A DNA stretch of 64,000 bases from Minisyncoccota bacterium (GCA_023135835.1 JAGLSI010000001.1:2400-66399); one strand, 5' to 3'; counted from the first letter of the stretch, positions 35,811 to 44,213 are shown. Notes: a model not told the origin generated them from the sequence alone. A program made the numbers and translations.

Positions 35811-37508
35811 ATGTCTATACAAGGAAAAATATCTCCTAGAATTATTCAGTCTATATCAACATTATATAATGATACTAATCGTGTAATTCTTGAATTCATT
35901 GATAACTCAATAGATAGTGCTGAAGAATACTTTGATTCTTCTAACAATGGTTATATAAGACCGATTAAAATTATTTTAGAGATAGATGGAAAAAATAATA
36001 AAGATGGGGTTGTCAGCATTTCCGATAATTGTAAAGGTATGTTTAACATTGAAAAGATAGTCCAAAACATAGGTAATTCTGATAAAAAAGCACAGCCATG
36101 GACGAATGGGCAATTTGGTTATGGAATGTGTTCTTTTATTGCTTGTTGTAGTGAATTAAAAGTTGTTTCTAGGTTTGAAAAAGGAAAGATTTTTGAAATA
36201 AATATTTTAAAGGATCATTTTTTAGTTGATGATCAAAAAGATTTTCTTTTTTCTGATCCTATTATAAATAGTAATTTTGAATATGATACTGGGACTAAGG
36301 TAGTATTAAAAATGTTTGGTAAAAGTGATTGGAAAGATATAGACATTAAAGAGATCCAAGTTGAAATAGAAAAGCATTTTGAATTGTTACTAAATAGAAC
36401 TAATTTAGAAATTAAATTAATTTCAAATGGGAATGAGTCTATCTGTAAACCTTTCGATTATTCTTTGCATGAGGGAAGAGAGATAAATGAATATTTGGAA
36501 AATTCATTTAATTCACTTCTTTGTATTGATAAACCAATTCACTTGTTTATAAAAGTAACCGAAGGAAAAGATGTTAATAAAAGACCTATTTTTATTGTTA
36601 AAGGGAGAAGAATTGCTGAAATAAAAGATATTAAAGCTTTTAAGTCAAAAAATAAAAGTGATATTTGGAATCATCCTAATATAACTGGATATATAGATTT
36701 GGGGAAATCCATAGAACCTGATATATCAAGAATAAATGGTTTTAGCCCCCAATACAAAGATAAGATGAATATTATATTTAATTGGTTAATATCAAAAGAA
36801 TCAGATATTTTAGATTTAATTAAAGAAGATAATGAAAGTACTCAAGAAAAGCATTATCAACAGTTAGAAGATATTTTAAGCAAAGCTTTATCAAAAATCG
36901 CTCGGATAGATTCTATGAATTTTAGAACCGACATTATTTCTGGAAAAGAACTTATTCTAGAAAAAGGTGCTATTGGTAGTGGTATAGGAATTTCTGCTCC
37001 ACTCCCTGGGTCTGGTGAGCTTGGCGGTGAGGGAGGAGGAGGCTCTGATTTTCTTGAAGGAGATAATCCTGATGATCAACTTGGTGGAAATAAAAACTTA
37101 GCCAAAGAAAGTGATAGTCTTTTTGATGATAAAGAACCAGAGGGAAAAAAGAGAAGAAAAAGTGGTTTTAATATCAAAATTTCTGATCTAGAACCCAATG
37201 TTGATATAAACACAGAAAAACAAATTAAATCTCGTTTAATTGGTGATACTATTGAGATTTTTAAAAAACATCCTGAATTTGAAAAAAGAGTTGGGCATTT
37301 TCGTGGTGGAAGGCCGAAGATAACTCAAAGGTTAATAACTTATTTAGCTGGGGAAATCACGGTTCATTATAAAGATAGGTTTTATTCAAAAACAGGACAA
37401 CCAGAATATAATATAAAAATGTTTGAGAGTTTAGTTGAATCAATTTATCTTTTTGAGGATTTATTAAGGGATTTTGTTGAAAAAGATTTATCATCATGGA
37501 ACAAATAA
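35811..37508 (+). CDS. GHKL-superfamily ATPase (MutL/MORC/GyrB-type Bergerat fold) with long C-terminal region of unknown function
   Basis: N-box ILEFIDNSIDSAEE, G1 ISDNCKGM, G2 TNGQFGYGM within first 130 aa; Gly-rich linker GSGELGGEGGGGSD. Confidence 0.75.
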   Translation: MSIQGKISPRIIQSISTLYNDTNRVILEFIDNSIDSAEEYFDSSNNGYIRPIKIILEIDGKNNKDGVVSISDNCKGMFNIEKIVQNIGNSDKKAQPWTNGQFGYGMCSFIACCSELKVVSRFEKGKIFEINILKDHFLVDDQKDFLFSDPIINSNFEYDTGTKVVLKMFGKSDWKDIDIKEIQVEIEKHFELLLNRTNLEIKLISNGNESICKPFDYSLHEGREINEYLENSFNSLLCIDKPIHLFIKVTEGKDVNKRPIFIVKGRRIAEIKDIKAFKSKNKSDIWNHPNITGYIDLGKSIEPDISRINGFSPQYKDKMNIIFNWLISKESDILDLIKEDNESTQEKHYQQLEDILSKALSKIARIDSMNFRTDIISGKELILEKGAIGSGIGISAPLPGSGELGGEGGGGSDFLEGDNPDDQLGGNKNLAKESDSLFDDKEPEGKKRRKSGFNIKISDLEPNVDINTEKQIKSRLIGDTIEIFKKHPEFEKRVGHFRGGRPKITQRLITYLAGEITVHYKDRFYSKTGQPEYNIKMFESLVESIYLFEDLLRDFVEKDLSSWNK

Positions 37509-38380
37509 ATTTACAAAAACTTATAAAACAGATTTCACCTCTTTATAATTCTTATAAAGAGTCTAAGGGTAATATTAATGGAACAGAAGCATTATTTATA
37601 ATGTGGGAAATAGGAGAACTTTTGAAGAAAAAAATTGAAGAGTTTGGTATCGCTCCTCATAATTTATATAGAAAGATATATGGAAAAGCTGAAGGAAAAG
37701 AAGATATCATTCAAAGGAGCTATATTACGAGAGAGTTTTTAGGGAGAGCTTATCGTATAAGAAATATCTTTGAAAATAAAAATGATATTGAAAAAGATTT
37801 TCCTAATTTGAAAAAATTTATTTTGTTTAGAGAAGCAATGCCCTTTTTTGATAATAAAAAATATATGTTTAAAGGAAGAGATAGAGAAGATTTATTAACT
37901 ATTCTAAACAGTAACGAATCCTCAGATCTTATTTTTAAAAGAATTAAATTGTTACAAAAAGAAAAGATTGGAATAAAGAATTCAAGAAATCAAAAATTAA
38001 TTGAGTTACAGCCACAAAAAGAAATTTTTATAACTTTTTATAATTATGTATTTAATTTAATAAAAGATAACAATTACAGAGATACCAGAGAAAAAGTTTT
38101 GCCTTTAATAAATAATTCATTAATTAGCAAACTTTCTTCAAATACTAGCGCTTTAGCCCAAGAAGGACTAGTATACAAAAATATAGATGAAGAAATCTTT
38201 GATGATTATTGGATTTCTTACAGTAAACTATTGAAAGGTTTTTCTGAGCAAATGGACGCAAAAGAAAGAAGGAGATTTAGGCGATTAATATCTCCTGAAC
38301 GTATAATAAAATTAGCTGATATGTTACAGGTAATAACCTCTGAAAAATTATTTGTAAATTTTAAAAATCAGTTAAATTAA
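37496..38380 (+). CDS. hypothetical protein, overlaps upstream stop by 13 nt
   Basis: 294-aa ORF, 13-nt overlap with GHKL gene; no known motif. Confidence 0.5.
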   Translation: MEQINLQKLIKQISPLYNSYKESKGNINGTEALFIMWEIGELLKKKIEEFGIAPHNLYRKIYGKAEGKEDIIQRSYITREFLGRAYRIRNIFENKNDIEKDFPNLKKFILFREAMPFFDNKKYMFKGRDREDLLTILNSNESSDLIFKRIKLLQKEKIGIKNSRNQKLIELQPQKEIFITFYNYVFNLIKDNNYRDTREKVLPLINNSLISKLSSNTSALAQEGLVYKNIDEEIFDDYWISYSKLLKGFSEQMDAKERRRFRRLISPERIIKLADMLQVITSEKLFVNFKNQLN

Positions 38381-38388
38381 TTTAAGTC

Positions 38389-39936
38389 ATGAATTTTGAT
38401 GTTGATTCTAATATTTTTGATCAAAAAGAAGACCATTTAAAAACTAGGATAGAATCCCTAGATTTTTCTAGTAAGACAAAAATTTTGTTAAAAAAAGACA
38501 ATATATTAACTGTAAGAGGTTTATTAAAACGAACAGAAAAAGAATTAAAAAATAAATATAACTTAAGCAGATCAAATATAGACATAACTTTAAGAAAATT
38601 AAATTTTTTAAACTCAAAAATAAAAAATAAAGAAAAACAAAATAAAGGAGAAATATCAGATATTTCTGATGAATTAGATTTAAAAAATTGTTTTGAAGAA
38701 ATTTATATAGATAAATCGGAAGATGTTTTAGAAGTTTTTTCTAATTGGTTTGGTTTTGATGAAAAAATAATAAAGAGCAAGTCTAGAAAAAGTGAGATTG
38801 TAGATGTACGAGATTTAATAATTTATTTTTTACGTGAATATGGAGAGTTATCATTTCCTTATATAGGAGAATTATTAGGGGGTCGTGATCATACCACCAT
38901 CATTTATGCTTATAACAAAATAAAGAAAAAAATAAAAAATATAAGAGATTTTGAAAAAAAGTTTTTAAGTCTTATCAAAGAAAGTAACAAAATAAAAGAA
39001 AAAAAAGAATATATAAAAAGGATTCTAATTCCAATAATAGAAGTTTTGGTTTCTGAAAATAATTCTAAAAAAGGGGTTAAAATGGTTTCAGAAAGAAATA
39101 ATTATATTCTTCAATTATATAGAGAAGGATTAATTCTTGATAAAATAGGTAAAAAGATGGGAATTTCTAGGGAAAGAGTTCGTCAAATAGTTAAAAAAAC
39201 TATAGTACAATTAGCTATAAATAAATCAGTTTCTACTGGAGCAGAACTAAATTTTGATTTTCTTATTGAAGATGAGAAAAGGAAAAGAAAGGAAACTCAA
39301 CTTATTGCTAATCCTCCAAAAATAAAGACTATAAAAAAGAGATATTGGAGCAGAGATCATAGAAAATGTAAAATGTGCGAAAGAATTATTTATAAGCATG
39401 TTAGTAATGGTTTATGTGAAGAATGTACAGGTAGTTTTAGAGGAAAAAATAGAGAAAATATTATTTTGTTACATGAAAATAAATGTGATTTATGTGATGT
39501 CTTAAGAGAAGAAGCTAAAACACTTTATAAAAGAGATTTGTATATTATGAGAAATAAAATTGTGTGTTGTAGAGATTGCTTTTTAAAATTAACAGGAAAA
39601 ACTTTAGGTTCTTATAAAAATTATGAATGGAGTAGATTTTATCCCCAATGTAAAAAATGTGGGACAAAAGATATTCCTCATGCAAAATTAGGTCTTTGTG
39701 AAGAATGTTGCCTGTTTTTATCAGATAGCCAAAGAGAAAAAATTATTCAAGATAATAAGAGTGTGTGCTGTGTGTGTGGTATAAGCAGAGATGAAGCAAA
39801 AAGTAAATTTAAAAGAGATTTACATATCTGGAAAAACAAAAAAACATTTTGTCGAAAATGCCATCTTGTAGAGACAGGTAAAGTTCTTAGCGATTATAGA
39901 AAAAATAATTGGAAAAAGTTTTATAAAAATTATTAA
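38389..39936 (+). CDS. multi-DNA-binding-domain protein: RNAP alpha-CTD-like HhH + DnaA domain-IV HTH + sigma-70 region-4 HTH + tandem Zn ribbons
   Basis: IESLDFSSKTKILLKKDNILTVRGLLKRTEKEL (alpha-CTD pattern); FPYIGELLGGRDHTTIIYAYNKI (DnaA domain IV signature); LDKIGKKMGISRERVRQI (sigma r4.2); C-terminal A-B-A'-B' CxxC...CxxC repeats. Confidence 0.7.
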   Translation: MNFDVDSNIFDQKEDHLKTRIESLDFSSKTKILLKKDNILTVRGLLKRTEKELKNKYNLSRSNIDITLRKLNFLNSKIKNKEKQNKGEISDISDELDLKNCFEEIYIDKSEDVLEVFSNWFGFDEKIIKSKSRKSEIVDVRDLIIYFLREYGELSFPYIGELLGGRDHTTIIYAYNKIKKKIKNIRDFEKKFLSLIKESNKIKEKKEYIKRILIPIIEVLVSENNSKKGVKMVSERNNYILQLYREGLILDKIGKKMGISRERVRQIVKKTIVQLAINKSVSTGAELNFDFLIEDEKRKRKETQLIANPPKIKTIKKRYWSRDHRKCKMCERIIYKHVSNGLCEECTGSFRGKNRENIILLHENKCDLCDVLREEAKTLYKRDLYIMRNKIVCCRDCFLKLTGKTLGSYKNYEWSRFYPQCKKCGTKDIPHAKLGLCEECCLFLSDSQREKIIQDNKSVCCVCGISRDEAKSKFKRDLHIWKNKKTFCRKCHLVETGKVLSDYRKNNWKKFYKNY

Positions 39937-39957
39937 TTTATTATAATAACAAAAAAT

Positions 39958-40254
39958 ATGATGATATTTGTTTATGTGATAATCGGAGTGGTAATTGGGT
40001 ACTTTGTTTTTGGTGGGTCTATGAATAAGAATGCTAAGAAAAACGAAGTTTTGGAGATTTTGGATGAAAAAGATAAGAAGATTCTGGCTTTGATTGAAGA
40101 AAAAGAGAAAGTTACTAATAATGATATAGAGAAATTGTTAGGGATAGCAGATAGTACTGCAACTAAATATTTACAACAATTGGAAGATAAAGGAAAAATT
40201 ATACAAAGAGGAAAAACTGGGAAATATACTTATTACGAAAAGGTTTCAAAGTAG
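39958..40254 (+). CDS. small membrane-anchored winged-HTH protein (paralog of 51833-52111)
   Basis: TM MMIFVYVIIGVVIGYFVF then DIEKLLGIADSTATKYLQQLEDKGKIIQRGKTGKYTYY; ~65% identity to second copy. Confidence 0.6.
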   Translation: MMIFVYVIIGVVIGYFVFGGSMNKNAKKNEVLEILDEKDKKILALIEEKEKVTNNDIEKLLGIADSTATKYLQQLEDKGKIIQRGKTGKYTYYEKVSK

Positions 40255-40267
40255 GTTGATAATTAAA

Positions 40268-40302
40268 TTTTTAACGGCTACGGTATCATAGCCGTTAAAA
40301 AT
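40268..40302 (+). terminator. terminator hairpin tttttaacggctacggtatcatagccgttaaaaat
   Basis: 10-bp stem plus flanking A/T runs, ends the cassette. Confidence 0.6.
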
Positions 40303-40772
40303 ACTACTTCTATTTCTAGAAGAAGGGGGGACAAGGTTCTAATTTAGAAAAAAAATCGTTATGAGAAGTTTGAAAATGAGCTTATTTCGCTTGAAGCCGA
40401 TATTTTCGTAGCCGTAGCTACCAAAATTGAGGGTGAAAGATGAAATGGTTTATTTTCAGAGTTCGTAATAGGTATTTGTTTTTAATTTAGAGCCCCGTTT
40501 TCATTCCGCCACATCAACCATTCAAAACGCTGAATTTAGATATTTATATCAAGCGACTTCTTATAAAAATTCTCATGGAATCCAATCCCCGATAAACCTT
40601 ATGAATGTAACCTATATTGATAACACATGGTCTATTTTTGCAGATGAGAGAACTGCTCCTGTAGATAAAAATGAAAATGTTCAATTTATAGGCAATCAAT
40701 CAATGTCTCCTTTAGATAATTGGTAAGTTAGCTTGTAGTAGGTTAGCTTTTAGAATGTTAGGATTTTAAATT

Positions 40773-40813
40773 AAAGATGTGAGGGGGGTCGCGAAGCGAC
40801 CCCCTCATCTTTA
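40773..40813. terminator. strong GC hairpin aaagatgtgaggggggtcgcgaagcgaccccctcatcttt
   Basis: 17-bp stem; strand unclear. Confidence 0.4.
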
Positions 40814-40920
40814 ATTTAATAAAAACCAAAATTAAAGCTAAAAGCATTGACTTTCTGTTTTTGATTACTATACTAATAATATAGGTATCGTGATTATTAG
40901 TTTTTAAGTAAATAAAAAAT

Positions 40921-41244
40921 ATGGAAGAAACACTTTTAAAAGATAAAAAATATTTGATGGGAATCTTAACTGGTTTAATTTTGATGGCAATAATCATGGT
41001 AGGATTTAATCAATATCAAGGAAGTCAGAGTGAAGAAGTCGAACTTAGTGGCGAACAGCCAAAAAGTGATATTGAAACTGATAACATATCACAAGAAACT
41101 GAGTTAATGACTCCTGAAACTCCTCATAGCCCTCAATTAGAAAGACTTGCTTTGATTTTAAGAGAAGCAGGAAGAATGTTAGAGAGAATGGATGAAGATA
41201 TTGTTGAAATTAGCGAGACTCAAATAGCTGTTATTAATCAATAA
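40921..41244 (+). CDS. small membrane-anchored acidic protein
   Basis: 107 aa, TM YLMGILTGLILMAIIMVGF; terminator gggcgagcctttggctcgccctttt at 41284-41309. Confidence 0.35.
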   Translation: MEETLLKDKKYLMGILTGLILMAIIMVGFNQYQGSQSEEVELSGEQPKSDIETDNISQETELMTPETPHSPQLERLALILREAGRMLERMDEDIVEISETQIAVINQ

Positions 41245-41408
41245 TTAAACAGAGGGTGGTAGGTGGAAAATAGAATGTTGATAGGGCGAGCCTTTGGCTC
41301 GCCCTTTTAATAATTTAAAGTCCTTTACAATATATAATATATGCTGTATCCTGTTTTTTAGAAGGTGGTTGTTTTGAAACGTAGCTTTAAAAAGGGGAGG
41401 AGAATGAA

Positions 41409-41819
41409 ATGGACAGAGTTCTTACAGCAGAATGGGTTAGTGGTGTTTTCATGGAATGTATCTTTAAACGAGGCGATTCAGTTGATACTGGTATCTTTAT
41501 ATCAGGAATTAGTTTGGACGTTGGTTTTCATCCAGACCGAATCAGAAGGTATAAGGGCGAGATTGCGGCAATGTTAGATGAATTACCTGATGGATTTCGT
41601 GAGGGTGAGGGTGCGTTATTCGTTGATGCTTACATTGATAAAAACGGTAGGCGATGGACCTGTATATCAACAGCGATGGAGTACTTGTTTCAGCTTGGAT
41701 TGGCGATTGGTAAATTAGTTTACCAACATCCTTATGGTGTGTGCCCAATACTTCCTGGGGGTTTGCCGCGTTATAAAATAACAGAAGACTTTGAGCTCGT
41801 TGAGCCCAAAACTATTTGA
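41409..41819 (+). CDS. hypothetical protein, atypical GC-ending codon usage
   Basis: GGAGG SD 8 nt upstream of ATG 41409; codons gcg/ggc/ctg/cgc unlike rest of window; terminator 41844-41881. Confidence 0.5.
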   Translation: MDRVLTAEWVSGVFMECIFKRGDSVDTGIFISGISLDVGFHPDRIRRYKGEIAAMLDELPDGFREGEGALFVDAYIDKNGRRWTCISTAMEYLFQLGLAIGKLVYQHPYGVCPILPGGLPRYKITEDFELVEPKTI

Positions 41820-42004
41820 ATCGTTTGTTTTTTCAGACGATAAGGCCTTGGGGTAGTATTTAAATACCCAAGGTCTTTTTACGTATTAATATTTAAGAAG
41901 AAACCCTTTACATATTATATAAAATATTATATATTTCTTTTCAGAAAGTTAAGTTAAGTTAAGTTTTTAAATTTATCTTTATTAAAATATTTTGGAGGTT
42001 TATA

Positions 42005-42358
42005 ATGGTGGAATCAAAGGGTCCTAGAAAACCGTCAGAGTGGATTGGTTATAAGTTAATGACTGGATATTTACTTCAGTTAATTAGCGACAACGGAACT
42101 TTCCCAGCTCTTTTAGAAGAAGAACCTTTTATTTGTGTAAGTAGGGGTCTTTTAGGGCAAGTTCGAGACTTATTACCAGAAAACAATTCTGAGATTGTTG
42201 GAGTTATGATTTATGCGAATCTTGATAAGGCCTTATGCTTTATTGTTGGGCACAGAACTGAAATCAAACCAATTCAAATATTATTAAGGAGGGAGTTGGT
42301 GATTTTTGATGTAGATGATTTTGAGTGGTCCCAAGAGGAGACCTTTCTTAGGAGTTAA
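42005..42358 (+). CDS. hypothetical protein, atypical codon usage
   Basis: GGAGG SD 8 nt upstream; terminator 42377-42430. Confidence 0.5.
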   Translation: MVESKGPRKPSEWIGYKLMTGYLLQLISDNGTFPALLEEEPFICVSRGLLGQVRDLLPENNSEIVGVMIYANLDKALCFIVGHRTEIKPIQILLRRELVIFDVDDFEWSQEETFLRS

Positions 42359-42428
42359 ACAGGGTTTTAATATCACAAAACCCGTTAAGTTAGAAAATCT
42401 GTTTTCTAATTTAGCGGGTTTTCTTTTT

Positions 42429-42457
42429 ATTTATATCTCTTGACAAATACATGTTGA
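42429..42457 (+). promoter_or_regulatory. promoter TTGACA-17-TATCAT
   Basis: perfect -35, good -10, upstream of small ORF 42555. Confidence 0.45.
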
Positions 42458-42554
42458 TGTGGTATCATTAAAAAAGAGTTAAGAAAGCCGTTTAGGTTTT
42501 TTAAAAATGTTTTTTATTTTAATTCTGGCGGGGGAGTCAGAAAAGGGGAATAAG

Positions 42555-42692
42555 ATGAAAAAATATTTAGTTTGTACAGTTTTATTTGCGGTTATGTCGA
42601 TTTTATCTTTTAACTTTTTTTTGGACACTCAGAGTATCCAAGAAAACTTAAGTTCTAGCACAGAACTTAAATTAGCACAGATTTTAAGATAG
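42555..42692 (+). CDS. small secreted/lipoprotein-like peptide (45 aa)
   Basis: SD aaagggga; MKKYLVCTVLFAVMSILS signal-like; terminator 42699-42748. Confidence 0.3.
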   Translation: MKKYLVCTVLFAVMSILSFNFFLDTQSIQENLSSSTELKLAQILR

Positions 42693-42938
42693 TTTCCAGG
42701 GGGTTTCAAGCTTTTAGCCTGAAACCCCTTGTTTTTTTATTTAAAATCCTTTAATATGTATTTTATAAAGATCAGAGAAAATAGGTTTTAAAGACTTTCT
42801 TTTTATAAACCCTATTTAGGTCGAAGCGCTAATATATCAAATATATAAAAAGTGTTTTTCTCTGGGTCTTGATTATTCAAGACTTTTTTAAATTTTATCC
42901 TAAGTCAATAAATAAATTTACTTAGATAAATTAAAAAT

Positions 42939-43427
42939 ATGGCAATAAATAAAGATAGAAAAAAAGAGATTTATGAAAAAGTACAAGGAATTTTAAAAGA
43001 TTCTGCTTCTGTTGTTTTCGTAAATTTCAAAGGATTAAATGTTACTGATACTACTCAGTTGCGTAATAATCTTAGGGATGAAGATTCATCATATAGTGTA
43101 ATTAAGAAATCCCTTGTTAGAAAAGCTTTAGAGAACTATTCTTTTAAAGGTGATATGCCTGAATTAGAAGGAGAGTTAGCTTTGGCTTATGGTGAGGATT
43201 TAATTGCTCCTGCAAGAGGGGTGTATGAATTTCAAAAAAAGAACAAAGAAAATATTGCTATTTTAGGAGGTATTTTTGAAGGTTCTTTTATGAATAAAGA
43301 AAAAATGCTTTCTATTGCTCAAATTCCAGCACCTCAAATTTTGAAAGGACAATTTGTAAATCTTATAAATTCACCAATTCAAGGTTTTGTAACTGCGTTG
43401 AGTAAAATAGCGGACAAAAAGATTTAA
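42939..43427 (+). CDS. rplJ: 50S ribosomal protein L10
   Basis: KKEIYEKVQGILKDSASVVFVNFKGLNVTDTTQLRNNLR pattern; followed by rplL. Confidence 0.9.
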   Translation: MAINKDRKKEIYEKVQGILKDSASVVFVNFKGLNVTDTTQLRNNLRDEDSSYSVIKKSLVRKALENYSFKGDMPELEGELALAYGEDLIAPARGVYEFQKKNKENIAILGGIFEGSFMNKEKMLSIAQIPAPQILKGQFVNLINSPIQGFVTALSKIADKKI

Positions 43428-43445
43428 TTTCTGTCGAAATTAAAT

Positions 43446-43559
43446 CGAGTCAAAAGTTTATAAAGTTCATAAAGTCTATAAAATAAAATTACAAAGTAAT
43501 TTTTTTAATGACAATAAACTTTTAACTTTTAACATTACAAACTTTAAACTAATATAATT
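43446..43559 (+). repeat. inverted-repeat leader element copy D
   Basis: GTCAAAAGTTTATAAAGTTCATAAAGTCTATAAAAT ... aaaattacaaagtaatttt ... AAACTTTTAACTTTTAACATTACAAACTTTAAACTAA. Confidence 0.7.
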
Positions 43560-44087
43560 ATGATTGAAGAAAAAAAAGATGATGTAGTGGAAGAGGTTGA
43601 AGCTACTGAAGCTCCAGTTGAAGCAGAGGCTCCTGTTGAAGAAGTTAAGGAAGAAAAGAAAGCAGAAGCTCCAGCTGAAGAAGCAAAAGAAGATGAAGGG
43701 GAAGAAGTAGAAGTTCCCAAAAAATTCAAAGCATTAGTAGATGGAATTGAAGAAATGTCAGTTCTTGATTTGCATGAATTAGTAAAGTTATTAGAAAAGA
43801 AATTTGGTGTTTCTGCTGCTGCTGTAGCTGTGGCTGGAGGATCAGCAGGCGGAGGTGATGATGCTGGTGAAGAAAAAACTTCATTTGATGTTGAGCTTAC
43901 ATCTGCAGGAGACCAAAAAATTGCTGTGATCAAAGCAGTTAAAGGTGCTTTAGGTCTAGGACTTAAGGAGGCAAAAGAATTGGTTGACGCTGCTCCAGCT
44001 TCATTAAAGAAAGATATGAAAAAGGAAGAAGCAGAAGCTTTAAAGAAAGATATTGAAGAAGCAGGAGGAAAAGTAGAGTTGAAATAA
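43560..44087 (+). CDS. rplL: 50S ribosomal protein L7/L12 with ~55-aa acidic Glu/Ala/Pro-rich N-terminal extension
   Basis: [27 protein letters not shown] and C-terminal [24 protein letters not shown]; no in-frame alternative ATG downstream of 43560. Confidence 0.85.
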   Translation: MIEEKKDDVVEEVEATEAPVEAEAPVEEVKEEKKAEAPAEEAKEDEGEEVEVPKKFKALVDGIEEMSVLDLHELVKLLEKKFGVSAAAVAVAGGSAGGGDDAGEEKTSFDVELTSAGDQKIAVIKAVKGALGLGLKEAKELVDAAPASLKKDMKKEEAEALKKDIEEAGGKVELK

Positions 44088-44102
44088 TGATTAAGAAAAA
44101 AC

Positions 44103-44140
44103 AGGCGTCTACCAAAGGTAGACGCCTGTTTTTTATTGAC
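44103..44140 (+). terminator. rho-independent terminator (aaaaacaggcgtctaccaaaggtagacgcctgtttttt)
   Basis: 14-bp stem plus T6. Confidence 0.7.
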
Positions 44141-44213
44141 TAATAATAAAAAAACAATATACTCTATTTTAGATAGTTAAAATATATTTTATTTTTTTAA
44201 AAGGTAAAAGGAG

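Noticed and set aside
35811-37508. GHKL protein as an RsbW/SpoIIAB-type anti-sigma kinase paired with the sigma-r4-containing protein
   Set aside because: The N-box is of the DNSxD (MutL/MORC/GyrB) type and not the kinase type. The protein is 565 aa against ~140 for anti-sigma kinases. The partner lacks sigma regions 2 and 3. The idea is kept only as a remote alternative.
41365-41577. 70-aa ORF overlapping the 41409 gene
   Set aside because: Its ATG at 41404 is only 3 nt from the GGAGG. The 41409 ATG has ideal 8-nt spacing, and the 136-aa frame continues to a terminator.
43544-43933. 129-aa antisense ORF opposite rplL (Ser/Thr/Ala-rich)
   Set aside because: It is the mirror image of the Glu/Ala-rich rplL coding strand, a low-complexity artefact.
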